A stretch of 60,727 nucleotides of DNA, filler included, from Basidiobolus ranarum (Eukaryota), in the NCBI GenBank assembly GCA_040143965.1. It is 14 parts of 14 records of this genome, joined end to end, with 100 filler letters (N's around TTAATTAATTAA, not from the genome) between each part and the next. Parts side by side here need not be neighbours in the genome. Positions count along the whole stretch, not along the records: positions 8,713 to 12,964 come from JASJQH010002048.1; positions 13,065 to 17,314 come from JASJQH010002049.1; positions 17,415 to 21,662 come from JASJQH010002050.1; positions 21,763 to 26,008 come from JASJQH010002051.1; 10 more parts are not named here. One strand, 5' to 3'. The notes beneath the pieces are model-generated. The model made no database searches. It was not told the DNA's origin and saw only the letters and a list, made by a program, of their open reading frames with translations. Made by a program: the position numbers and the translations under genes. Below are positions 11,751 to 24,700 of the stretch, in pieces (the stretch's first letter is position 1; every line of letters begins with the position of its first letter).

Positions 11751-12365
11751 GATGGAGATGGATACTAACAGGAATTGGAAATAGGTCTCTTATAAAATAC
11801 CTCAACGGAGTTGAAACACAAAATATGGTTTCGTCGTTTGCTTGCATGATCATCGGCCAGTGCGTATCATGAATTATGTCACACAGTCTCGTCTAAGCAA
11901 CAACTTCTATGTTTCTTAGGATAAAGCCATTCATGGTCCAATCGAATGATGCAAGTACATCTATACTTCAGTTAATGTTATTATATGTAACACTATTGAA
12001 GTTAAAGAAAAATAACTGTTTGCGAACATTGCGTTTCACATCCTTTTATGAATTGTGACTCTGCATCTTTGTGATATGGCTGCCATTTCTACCATTGTAT
12101 CACAGATCACTAGAGCTTTGGATTTCATTGTGGATATTCCGAGTAAAAATTGGCTAGGAAATTCAACTGTTCAATAAACGAACTATGCCAAGATTCAAGT
12201 TGGGTGCCATGGTAGCTATCGTTCCAAGAGATGCGTATGGCTCATCATTTATCTCCTTACGTGGAACACCTATAACAACAGCAAAATGAACAGTTGCAAT
12301 ATCATTCACTAATAATCGTAATCTCGATGGAATAAAAGTATCACCTATCTATTGCTGCAACTTCC

Positions 12366-12964
12366 CTAGAACCAGACATTATCATTAACATTCCAGATGG
12401 CTACTTGTGTCACACTGAAGCTCTCCACAAACATTTCTTCTGATATTCAATGACGCTGAATCGTTATCAACATATACCACATCATCAACAAACTGGATCA
12501 TCAATAGTTACGTCGTCCACTATAATACACATTCCCCTATTCGACTTGTTCGAGAGTCGTATTCCTAAAGTTATACCCTTCCTCCGTTGACGAGTATCCG
12601 TACGATGGCAAGCCGACTACTAGGCGATCATTATGGAATAACTGGCTCACCATGATGGTTCAACTTGTTTAGTGAGTAAATTGGTTGACCACCGCCATAG
12701 TTCCATTGGTAGTCATAGGCCATAGGAGCAACATAATCCACTGGAAGACCTACAAAATCTTTATGTTTCCACTTCAATGAAGTCTATTCTGACATCCATA
12801 CTGGCCCGTAGATCGTCAATTTCTTGCCCATCAGGTGAAGCTCAGATCCAAGCTTAGAGATAAATAGTTTATTGTTGTTGTAACCTTCATCAGTCCATTG
12901 ACTGTAACTCTCAAAGTCGATGTCAATTCCGATCAGGTGGAATCGGGCCACAAAATTGACAAGT
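12366..12964 (-). pseudogene. GH18 chitinase-like glycoside hydrolase pseudogene (3' part)
   Basis: Manual minus-strand translation across several frameshifts and stops gives GIDIDFES (DxDxE, ~12909-12930), KLGSELHLMGKKLTI, PVDYVAPMAYDYQW, DRLVVGLPSYGY and VAIWN..DNVWF*. Confidence 0.82.
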
Positions 12965-13064
12965 NNNNNNNNNNNNNNNNNNNNNNNNNNNNNNNNNNNN
13001 NNNNNNNNTTAATTAATTAANNNNNNNNNNNNNNNNNNNNNNNNNNNNNNNNNNNNNNNNNNNN

Positions 13065-14566
13065 CTCCAAAGCATCAAGTTTCTCAGCAATATCTGGATC
13101 GACGAAGTCAGCAACGTTCTTACCATCCAAAATTTCAGGAATAGTATCGTATTTCCATTCATCATTTGCCAAATCGTAGACCTTCTTGAGATCAACATTG
13201 TAAACACCAGCACCACCATTTTCAGCTTCGATATCTCTTTCGAGCTTTCTACGGTTAGGATCGTTGATGTCGAACTTAGCCTTATTACGAGCACCTTCAG
13301 GAATGTTAACAGGTCTGCTGATATCATCTCTTTGAACAGGCTTAGTAAGATGAAGTTTGTTCAGAACATCGTTAATCTTCTGTCCCTTCATCTTCATCTC
13401 AACACGAGAGGAAAGCAATTTGTCACAAGCGACGTTTCTAACATCCATGACACCTTCTTCAGTGTAACAACTGGTTTGAACCATGGTGACACCGTCACTG
13501 TTGATGATTTCTTGAAGTAAAGCTTGGTCAGATTCCTTCAAATCTTCAGGGCGGCAGATATCAATCTTATTAACAACAAGGATGGTAGGCTTATTGGCAA
13601 ATAGTGGCTTGATGTTGTGATAAAGTTTGCACTGATCGGCAACGCTGTAACCGCATTGCTCGGACAAATCCATGAAGAACATGATACAAGCACGAAGATG
13701 GGCAAGTGCCGTGATAGATTGCATTTCAATGGTGTTCATTTCTTCGAGAGGGTGATCTAAAATACCGGGGGTATCAATCACTTGCCAGCGGAGATATTTA
13801 TAGTCCATGTGACCAACAAATAGAGACTTGGTGGTAAAAGCATAAGGTTGAACATCCACATCGGCTCTAGATACTTTGTTCAAGAAACTGGACTTTCCGA
13901 CATTAGGATATCCACAAATTACTAAAGTACGGGTATTGGGGTCGATGGAGGGAAGACGGGACAAATGCTGACGAACTTGTTCCAAATAAGCCAAACTATC
14001 CTTCTGGCGCTTCATAATTGTTCCCATACTAGAGAATTAGAGTAAACGTTAAAATTTAGGTCACTGAGTAATAGATAGTGAAGTGTACATACCGACCAAG
14101 AGCAGCTCTCTTCAACTGTTTGCATCTATAAAGAGAATCACCAAACTTCAATAGACGAACATAATCCTTGGCAACTGCACTAATTAAATGACGAGCAGTA
14201 TTAATTTGACCAAGAGCAAGTTTGTAATGATCTTTGTCGTATAAAACGTTCATCAGATCAGCGTAGAAAGGATGAATGTTCTAAAAGTGAAGGAGACGAA
14301 CAAGTTAGATACTTAACAGTCACGACTGAATTCGGGGGTAGACTTACATCAAGCATCGGAAAGTCATCCAACATAAGCTTCAATTTCTCCTCAAAACTAT
14401 CTTGAGTAAATTTAACCTTTCGCATGTAAAACGTACGAATTCTACCGATACTGTAGTTCTTGTGAACGACAGTGGCGGTTTTACGTTGAGTTTTACTCAA
14501 CACAATATCGAGAAACTCGTCGGCATTAGGAACGACCTGGATTTTTTTAAAGTTGTAAAGAGACAT
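13065..14566 (-). CDS. NOG1: Nucleolar GTP-binding protein 1, 3 exons, 3' end cut by contig end
   Basis: Exons 14566-14348, 14280-14093 and 14028-13065 are in frame. [49 protein letters not shown]. Confidence 0.97.
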
Positions 14567-15276
14567 AACTACTCCACTTCAAATGATAGAGTATAGGTAT
14601 AAGGTAATAGGACCGTTGACTGCAAACTAGCAAAATAGTCGTTATGGAGTCCAGTAAGAGTATAACCTGTACGCAAGGAAAAGTAATATCCTCCCCAACC
14701 AGTTATCCTACCTTGCGAAAAAAAAATAAAAAAAATAAAATGAATTGAATGAGAAAAAAAATCTTATACTGTGTTAAACCAAAAAAAAACACACTGTCTC
14801 ACCAATCAACAGACTGCTTTTTTACTTGAGATTTGACATTCAATTAGCAAATGTAAGTTAATTTAAACAAACTCTACATTTGTCACACGTTTCAAGCAGG
14901 ATAATGGAATATTGAAGTGACGATTATTATTCGCCTTGTGACAGCTAACGCTGGAGCCCAGAAATACTACTGAGTTTGCGCAAGACACAAGATCAATGCT
15001 GACTTGAAAACAGCTAATATATTACTCCTCCAAGTATGATGAAGCCTCAAATGGTTTTTTAATGCTAGTCAGATAATTAACACATGAATGATTCGTACAG
15101 TAAAATATTACACAAAGTTGTATTCACATCGAACAATAAAGAGATTCAAAACGCAAATAGTGAGTGGTGAGTCGAAGACGGAAATCAATGAAGCTCCTGG
15201 TTAGAAGCAGGTGTTGTCGAATGTTAGAACAATACGCGAGAAATGTACAGAAGAGAAAAACGCAGATCGAATATAA

Positions 15277-16023
15277 CTAAATATCCATCATTTCACCCGC
15301 GACGATGTCGTCGTTCTCCGTTTCCATAAGATCATCTGACGAGTTTTTGGCCAATGTGGCAGTTGAATTTTCGCTCTAATCATATACAATAAGTAAGTAT
15401 GTCAAGTAATATGGTCATGAATTATCTTACCTCTTCCTCTTGATATTCCTGTATTGGAGGGAGCCATTGGGGAGGTTTGTACAATATGAGCGAGCGTACT
15501 GGTGTAAGTCTTTTTTGACGTGAGTAGAGTTTTCCGTTTGAAATCGAAGATAATAATGAACTTTACCCTTTTGCTTTAGGTGGAGAAAGGATCACATCAG
15601 GTACTTTCTTTATCACATCGTAAAAGGCTGGATGAAGACTAAAGTTTAGGTCTCTAGATTCTTCTTTCTCGGTATCTGTTTTTTGCGCAGAGTCTTTCTC
15701 GGTAGTTGCCTCGTTATGTGTCAAAGAGTCGTCACACGAAACTGCGTTGAAATTCGATCTATCAGTAACTATATTTTAGTTTCGTGTCTGTGAGATGGAG
15801 ACAATGTACCAATTTGTTTGAGAAAAATGAAATCGTTCGAACACAGGTAAAGAAAAGTCAAAAGTATTAGAGTAAAAAAACACCTGCCAACTTCTTTTAA
15901 GACATCTCTGCGCAGCGACAGTGCGGCGAACCGAGCTGACATAAACTCTGATATATATCGCTTTGTACTTGGCTGTGAACACAAATCAAGATCTAAAGTA
16001 TCCGAGGCGCGTTTATTGCTCAT
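15277..16023 (-). CDS. Small spliced hypothetical protein, possibly CCDC117-like
   Basis: MSNKRAS...KRYISEFMSARFAALSL / ...IKKVPDVILSPPKAKG / LTPVRSLILYKPPQW...EEE / ...GEMMDI*. The last two introns are clear GT-AG; the first intron is ambiguous. Confidence 0.65.
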
Positions 16024-16600
16024 TTTCTTAACTTCGGAAGCTTGAAAGCAACTAGCAAAGGTTAAAATTCTACTGTCTATCGTGATAGTCCCATTCGATT
16101 ATTTCATCATGTGATTTTCAGAGCTCCGAGCTGGACAGATTGGGATCAAACAAGTCACAGAATCCACTCGTTTATAGAATATTTGACGTGTACTGAAGAG
16201 CCAGTGTGATCCAGTGAAGGGCTTGAAAAGGATCAGACCGAGTGGTTTCTCGTTAGTGTCACCAAGTGGTAGTCAGAGGATGTGAAGGACGTTGTTACTC
16301 TAACGTAAGGCTACTCATGTTAATGTTGATCAAGTATCGCACGTTATCACTGAATACACTTGTATGGTAGCAATTCTTGCAGCAAGGATGGGATTTATGG
16401 AAGTGTCGAGAATCCTAAATCGCATCAATGTTAACCCAATCAACATCAATAGCAAATCCGTTGGCCAAATATTATTGGCCCTATCGTACAATATCTCCAG
16501 TCCACTAAACCCTAATCGATTTTTCGATACGTATATATAATTGTTTTGAGCAGAGAGGCACATTTTCACATCACCTTCATCATCTTTCGTTGCCACAGCT

Positions 16601-16879
16601 ATGGATCAAGTGAGCTCTTTGCTTGAAGAGCCGAAGCAATTCGCCAAGGAATGCATTCAACTCCTGAAAAAATGCACAAAGCCCGATGAGAAAGGTTGGT
16701 ACTCTCCTCAGGAGTTTTTGTGATGTATTTGTTAGCATTCTTGAACTAAACGAGCTTCACTAGAATTCTTGAAAATCACTCAAGCCGTCGCCATTGGGTT
16801 TTTGTTGATGGGCTTCATCGGCTATTTCGTCAAGTTGGTTCATATTCCAATCAACAACATCATTGTTGGTGGTGCCTAA
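16601..16879 (+). CDS. SSS1: Sec61 translocon gamma subunit, 2 exons, 69 aa
   Basis: Exons 16601-16694 and 16764-16879: [69 protein letters not shown]. Confidence 0.97.
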
Positions 16880-17414
16880 AGTTGTAAATTGAATACGCAT
16901 ATTATGTTTAAATTTTGCTATATTTGAGGTAGTTTCTTCACTTCGCTTCCAACACTAGTTATTTTCAAATATTGTAATAAACTCAAGCCAGACTCGTGAA
17001 GAGCTACTGCCATACTCTGTCTTCGCGAGTACATATTCTGACTGTAATAAATGCTCTTGATTGATCTACCATATTACAATAGCTCGAAAATCCAAGACAT
17101 TATGCAACTTGATTTATTGCTGTTTACATTTTGTGCTATGCAGTCATAACTAGACACCAAATCCAAGGTGCTGGTTAGATCATTCAAATTCGTTTTTTTT
17201 CTAAAAAAAATTTGTAAACCAATAATACCATACGATTTTTTTCTTTTTTCACGTCTCAGTTTTTTTTTATCCTATCATGATTGCGCTGATTGTTTTGAGT
17301 ACTGTTGTATCCTCNNNNNNNNNNNNNNNNNNNNNNNNNNNNNNNNNNNNNNNNNNNNTTAATTAATTAANNNNNNNNNNNNNNNNNNNNNNNNNNNNNN
17401 NNNNNNNNNNNNNN

Positions 17415-18135
17415 ATGGACACAGATTAAGTACCTCTATAATTAGACTAATTTTCTTGTGTGATAATCTGATAGTATTTTTAGGAAAGCTGCACCACAGA
17501 CTTCTTGGTGAGATAGATCAAGATACACAGTATTATGGTTTTAGCAATAGGGTAATCTATTCAAGCAATGACACATCTACTTGTGGCAGGACATTTTTTG
17601 ACTGCAAGTTGTGGTTATATTGGCTGAATTCTTCACGGCAATTTGCCAAAATTTAAGAGCTTATTCTCATGGTGAATGGTGACCAGAGTCAGCAATTTGC
17701 TAAGTGTCAGTGGTATTAAAAATTTCAGATGTTTAGCAATTTTTTGACTGTTAGTTTGCTAGTAAAACTTGTTGATGCTGTTGAGTTATGTCTAATCAGT
17801 CAAGTAGGTGCACATGTAGAGACTATACACAACAAGATTCTTGTATTTTTTGATTCTCATTATGGCTGGAATACAAAGCCTAAAATATATAAATAAAGGA
17901 ATGCATATTAATTTGAACTCCTACAGCAGTAAACCCAGTAATTTGCTATTTGAAAATTATACTTTTTCAAAAATTGCCAGATATTGAACAAGCATGCCAA
18001 ATTTGACAATCAATATTTTAACATATATGAATACTATCATAATACCATCAAGAAACAACTATCACACAATCAAAATCCCTGGCAGAATGCAAGCCACCAA
18101 TGATGTGCCATTTCTCTGATAGTTTTGCAATTTTT
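17415..18135 (+). repeat. Unclassified dispersed repeat family C
   Basis: Colinear with 39138-39807 (GGGTAATCTATTCAAGCAATGACACATCTACTTGTGGCAGGACATTT...CCCTGGCAGAATGCAAGCCACCAA). Confidence 0.85.
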
Positions 18136-18199
18136 AGATTAAAAAGTTAACAATTGCTGAAGAAGGATTATGTCAAAAATGTAATATCAGAAAATTCTA

Positions 18200-20560
18200 A
18201 TCAAGTGAGCACTAATAAGGAACATCTATATGGGGCTACCCATTTAAAAGTCACTCATCTAGGCTCATAAGCATAGTACATCAATTCAAGTGTCTCCCAG
18301 CCTATGTCAAGCAAGAGATTGTGTTCCAAATTAGAGCTAATCCAAAGAAGGAAAGTCTACTTAGACAATGACTTTGCACTAAATGCAGTCTATATGGGCA
18401 CAATTGCGTTTGATTTCAGGCACTGTTCAGCAACCAAGTAGGCATATTTGGGAAACAACATCTCTGTACCAAATATAGACAAATTAGATCTATCATTTAG
18501 CCAAGCAACAACTCAGGAACTAACTATTATGGTTACATGGTTGCACTATCAGGGATCAGAATAGCATTGAAAGGCAACTGGGATAACAACCCAATTGCTA
18601 CACCAGAAAGAAATCAACAAAATGCTTGCTGAGCATGGAAACCTTGCCAAACTCAATGAATTACACTATTAAGCATGGCATGAAAGATTAGGCCATATGG
18701 GAAAACAAAAACTTAAGCAAAAAATTCCAAATCAGCTAGTTACAGCTAAGCACTTCAGAATTTCATCAAATTGGGCCTGCATTAACATTGCATATATGGG
18801 AACATCACAAAGAGCAGTTTTACAACTTGGAAGAGTTTGAATCCACCAAGAAATTTGGTCTGATTTATTCTGGCCTATGTGGGCCAATGAAAGAGGTTTC
18901 ATTTGCAGGCAACAAGTACTTTGTGACCATTGTTGTTGATACAACAAAACATACTCTGGAAAATCTGTAGCCTTTGCTTTTTTGAGCTTGAATTAGCCAT
19001 GAGGATGAAAGAATCTGCACAAAATTTGTGATACTTAGAGGGCATAATGGGTCAGAGTCCTACTTTACAGACTTTGCTAGTTTTTGTTATGAGCATGGTA
19101 CTAAGCAACAAGCTGCTCTAGTTTGTATCTATCAGAATAATGTAGTTGCAGAACATGCTAATTGAATTGCAGAAGAGTTGGGGTGATCACTGTTGGTTAA
19201 TTTAAGTTAGATCACCATTCTTGTACTGAATCTATCTTCACTGCAGTCTAAACCAAAATAGAGGTCAAACAACAGTGCAACAGAATTCTACTCCATTTGA
19301 ATATCTGTATGAAATGAAACAAGTGTGGACCAGCCTAGTATCTTGGGTACTACCACAGACAGTCTACTTCTAGTACAAAGATTCTCTAAACATGAACCCA
19401 ATTGTAATATACACATATCTGTTGGCTACTGTGATGGATTTAAATCCCACCGATTGTTACATACTGAGAAACAAGACTTAATTGAGTGCAGAGATGTGTT
19501 TTTGATGGCAATGGAATATCTTCAACTCAAATCACTGGTCTGTATCCAGCCAAAGTAGCAGCACTGCTTAGAAAGTGTTTAAAGAAGTTCCTGCTGTATA
19601 TGAGCTTAACTCTACATCAGGCTTTGGAGTGTCCAGAATCAGAATAATGAGAAAAGCAATGTTTGATAAACTTTTCTTCTTTCCAGGAGCATGACAGATG
19701 GGTTTTACATCCTCTTCTGTCAGGAAGAAGGCTACCAGTTTATAAATGGGCCTACAACAAGAAAAACATAGCTGATACAAACATAGAATGAATCAAAGCT
19801 AAATTAGCAGCATACTATAGCTACCAGACTTTGAGAGTTGATTTAGAGATAGCTTTACTCCAGTAGCATTGCTTTCCTCCATTAGATCAATTATGGTGCT
19901 CTTGACAATTCATAATATTACATAGAATGGATGTGATCAGCCTCTCTTGATGACTATCTAGTAACAGTGCTTTATTCATATTCTATTTATTTAGCACTCA
20001 ATTCTGTCATTGAAATAGGTGTGTTTATTGCTCTGATTGATTGAAATATCAAATGGATCACTTTTACCAATTTTCACTATTTTTTCAAAACTTCTTGTAA
20101 TAATCTCAAACTTTCTCCCATGCTTTACAAGCATGTTGGTATTGATCTAAGCACATCCAATAGTCCTATTTCATGGTAAACTATAAATAGGACATATTCA
20201 ATTCAAAAAAATTAAGTGTCTAATTCACCAATCCAAATCTGGTCCAAAACTCTTCCAAATCCCTCAAACACTTATATCACCCAGCAGATCACAGTATTTT
20301 GTTGAAAACAGGCCAAAATAGGATCCATATGTCAGTATTTCATGTGAATGAGCAGATCATAGACCCATATGAATGAAAAGCACTCAAACATATAGAAACT
20401 AGCCTATCAAAGCAATTTTCAATAACTGATAAGGGTGAGTTAAGTTATTTCCTTGGAATCCAAATCTTGAGAGATACTTGCCATTAGAAAAATATGCTCA
20501 ATCAGTGTAAATGTACTCTATGCACACTAAATTACTTGAAGATTGAGAGAAGCAAGCCTG
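18200..20560 (+). mobile_element. Highly degenerate Copia pol (pre-integrase, integrase, RT remnants)
   Basis: WHERLGHMG (~18675), LIYSGLCGPM..SFAGNKYFVTIVVD, QNNVVAEHAN, VGYCDGFKSHRL, GELSYFLGIQILRD (~20435). Many stops and frameshifts; boundaries approximate. Confidence 0.8.
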
Positions 20561-20624
20561 TCTCATGGTGGGTGTTTCAATCTTTCACCTTTTCTATTTT
20601 GGCTTTAAACACTTCCTGTACTTT

Positions 20625-21120
20625 TGTCATGATTGGCACATCATAGTAGCATGAGTATTAGCTAAGTTATCCAATCTTTACCATATTAGTGTATCAGTAC
20701 TATCAACATATCATAGATCTCCAGATCAGTATAATCATTAACATCAGTATTGAGATATAGATATATCAATCAGTTTTAGTCAGTGGCTCCATCTTGCTCC
20801 ACTTGTCATTTTAGTAAGTTCCTTGAGAAGTCTGATGATCATATTCCATGCAAGGTCATATGCTCATAACCCCACTCTCCCTGGGGGTAACACTTTCATA
20901 TTAAATATCTGACATGTACATGTATCAGCAGAATGTTGTACTACCCCAGGATGTCTTGGTAAAGGACTGTACCACCCCAGTATGATTTAGCAAGGTCCTG
21001 ACTCAGTGATTTGATTAGTAATCAGCTGATGCATCAAAATGCATCTAATCTATCAGTTTAAGTATAATTATAGTACAATTTCTCTCAATAAACTTCTGTT
21101 CAGTATTAGTGAATACAACA
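20625..21120 (+). repeat. Possible solo LTR of another family
   Basis: TGTCATG...AATAAA...ACAACA with an internal 31-bp duplication (TGTACYACCCCAG...), CpG-free. No TSD and no second copy in the window. Confidence 0.35.
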
Positions 21121-21762
21121 TTAGCTGACTTAAGCCAGGATGATTCTTAGCTACTTAATAGTAATATCATCTGAAAGATTTCATTATAGTAAGCTAATAT
21201 ACCCCTCACTAAAATGTACCTAAGAAGATACTTTAATCATGAGACTCAGGCTAATGAATCAAATCAGCAACAGCTCATTTACTGATCTTTGATACAACTA
21301 CTATATCTTCTTTTAGCTACATCATACAGGCATGGCTACCAACTTAGCCATTAGGAGTTTTTTACTACCCAGTTGGATATTGCATCAAGTAGTGAGATTG
21401 TGGAATACATATATCCTTTTTAGAGTTTTCTATGCCATAAGACTTTTGAATGCATTTGGATCACAATAAACATGGCTGCCAAGCATAGGTGAATATTCTA
21501 GGTAAATTGGAGAGGTTGGGGCACTATCTGCCACAATGTTTTGTGCCATTTCAGAAGTAGTTATCTTACTTATGTTGTAGATTCTGGAAAAGTGCTTTTA
21601 AACATTAGTGCATATGGTAAAATGCTGGAAGCTTTATTCATAGTGCCTTTTTGAAGAGCTCTNNNNNNNNNNNNNNNNNNNNNNNNNNNNNNNNNNNNNN
21701 NNNNNNTTAATTAATTAANNNNNNNNNNNNNNNNNNNNNNNNNNNNNNNNNNNNNNNNNNNN

Positions 21763-24700
21763 GATATGTCTTGGGAATGGCAGTGGGTTGCTATGTTATG
21801 GTAGAGAGTAGGTTTGCTAGGCAGCTAGGCTTGGTGTTCTGTAAATGCTAGTGGACACTAGGCTTTGACAGTAATGAAAGCAAAATATTGAATTAGTTAA
21901 GGTACATACTAAACTAAAAGTTCTGTTAGCTTTATTTATACTTCTGGATAGCAAAGTGAATTAGTAAGTGCCAAGAAAATAGATGACTAATTCTGATATA
22001 CCAGAATATGAGTGGATAGATAGATGGATTGATCAGTGAGTCATAAATCAGCTGAAGTCTTGGTGTTGAAAGATCATCAGTTATGATTCTTGTGACTTAT
22101 ATTGGCTTGTGTCTGGGCAGATGACTCAAAGGTTAATACTGATTGGATGATCATTATGTGATTGGTCATATGATTTGATAGAAGGGATAAGAGAATAGAC
22201 AGTAAGTCATGAGATATGTCATATGGTAAAGTCACTGGATAAGGTCAGGTGACTGATTAGCAATAATCACAAACTAAACAGATAGTCATGCAAGTTGTAT
22301 ACATTTGGTGTAATTTAAACAACTTTTTATGCTGATGCACAACATCTAATAGATTGTGTCTAGATGTGTAGCTGTAATGCTTGTTCAAAATATGCCAAAT
22401 AATGTACTTCTTTACTGTCTGTAGAGATCTCCACAATGTTTGTTGTATCTGACATTTGTCACGTTCTTCTTCACTTTCTTTATTATTTATTTCCATTCTT
22501 TTTTGAATATCTAGCTTCAAATATGATGCTCAAGAAACAAAGGAAGCCAACTACTTGGATATTGTAAATGTTAAGAATTTTGAGATACCAAATAAGTGTG
22601 CATCAACTATTAATAAATAAAGACTTGTAAATCGGAATTTTAGCTCCAAGTATATAGGTTCACCAAAGAAAATGTTGAAAGTGAAACACAAGTTTATTAC
22701 ATTAAAATTAATTGTAGGTAAATATTAAATTGAGAAATTTTTCAAAATTACAACAATATATAAAATTTTGTTCAGAATTAGTAAATTCTAAGAATAGTTT
22801 CTCTTCTACTTTTTGGGCCAAGGTCAGAATCTGGTCTTTCAAATATCTGGCCAAGCCCAATTCTTCCAATATACTGGTAATTTGTGTATTTTGTGAGGAG
22901 AGATGTGCATCAGGGACTTCATCCCCCATACCCACTTCTTTCTTTTTTTACTGGGAGGGCACTTCCCCCCAACCCCCATTTTTCATCCTTACCCTTACCA
23001 CAATATCTATACCCTAAGTCATGAATGTTACTTTGCTTAGATTAGTGTATGAGCTAAATAAGGTACACACCACCGTGTGCTTTTCATCCCCTCTAAATCC
23101 TTCCAATGCTAATTCAATTCCACTTGGTTTTACTATTTCCTTGCATGATACTAAACTGCCTTAAATTTGCCCTGCACCATATCTGTGCTTCCCATTTACT
23201 TGAACTGAAATTGATGTGACAAAACACTTTCAGTTTGAATTGCATTGGCTAGATAAGCTGCTTACAAGTTACTTTTAGTTATGCCTCCCAGGCACATCTG
23301 ATCATGGCTACCAAAGACTTCTCAAGCATATGCTAGAATGGAACATTTGGATTCTTCCTGTGTCTTATTAGAGTGGTGCTACTATGGGCAAGATTTTTAT
23401 TCCAGCTAAATAACTGCAAAAACCCACTTACTAAGAAGTGACTAGCCACACCATCTTCAAATCACTATCTTTCTAGACACTGATACATGACAACCCTCTG
23501 GTTTCTAAATTATCTCATAACTGCATGAAGCAAAGCAGCCCAAAGTTGTTGCTATTGACTTCCAGCTAAATTTTTGACAGCAGTACCTGGCCTCCTAGAC
23601 TCCTTTCTTTATCCCAATTATTTCAGGTTTCTGTCCTATCAACCATTTAGTATGTACTTAATATCTTCCTTTCTGCATATCATCTATACCCCTTGACACT
23701 ATATTTACACACAGAGAACTTAATTACATTGGTCCTCAAATCAAATATAGATATGATCTAGTATTGTTACAATATCTTAAAACATAGATATCTTGATTGA
23801 CACTTTGTTTTGATTAGTGTAGAAGGTAAATAAAGTCAACACCACCTAGTGCTTTTCATCTACCCCTAACCCTATCTTTTTGTTCAGACAAGAAGAATAT
23901 CTTGGTGCTAAAGGAAGGGAAGTGTTAAAGGGGAAAGTGAAGGTGGAATATCTTGGGGAGCATGTTTTGAAGAAGTTTTCTTGAATGAATTAGGAAGATC
24001 AGTTAGATGAGCTGAGGCTTTAAAAATATGTGCACAGCAGCAGAGTTTAAGGATTAATGCATGTGCAAGTTTATAGCTCTTCTCATTGGCTAGATCCCAA
24101 GTTGTTGCCAATTTGAACTGACAAATAATAGTTTTGCTTAAAAAAAGTGGCTTAGCTGTTTTTCTTCATGCTTGGGTCAGATATTTTTCTTGTCTCACAT
24201 TTGACTCTAACTTAATCAGTTGTGGTTCAATGAGAGTGATTCTTGCTTGTTTGGAAAGCTGGGACTTGGTGGATTTGCAATCTTCTGGTTTCAGGCTTTC
24301 TGGAATAGTATTAACATTGCTCTGGATGATGAAAGCTTTTGTTTCCTCTACTTTACTAGTTTACTGCATTTGTCTTTCTTCAACAAATAAAGGCAGATTT
24401 AAGGGTACTTTTTGCAATAAAGCTATTGCATAGAATGCAACACTACAAAGTGCCATACTTGGTAAACTTGGATTACTTCCATAAAATCTTAAAATTAGAT
24501 ACCTCAAGTCAATACTGCTTCTCAGGATTTGCAAGAGTCTGGTCTCTATCATTATGGCCTCTAGAGGTTCTCAGAGAACAAATTCATCTTCTTGCAATAG
24601 AATACTTCTACAAGGCCCTGAAGTTAGAAAATTTGCCTCCTTAATTGAACAGCTTAGATGCCCACCCTGCCTAATAGAAATACATGGTTGATCTTTGGCA

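Noticed and set aside
23908..24111. CCCAHIF as the hAT transposase CxxH motif
   Set aside because: No other hAT motifs (D..D..E spacing, TRWNS) are found nearby; chance match is likely.
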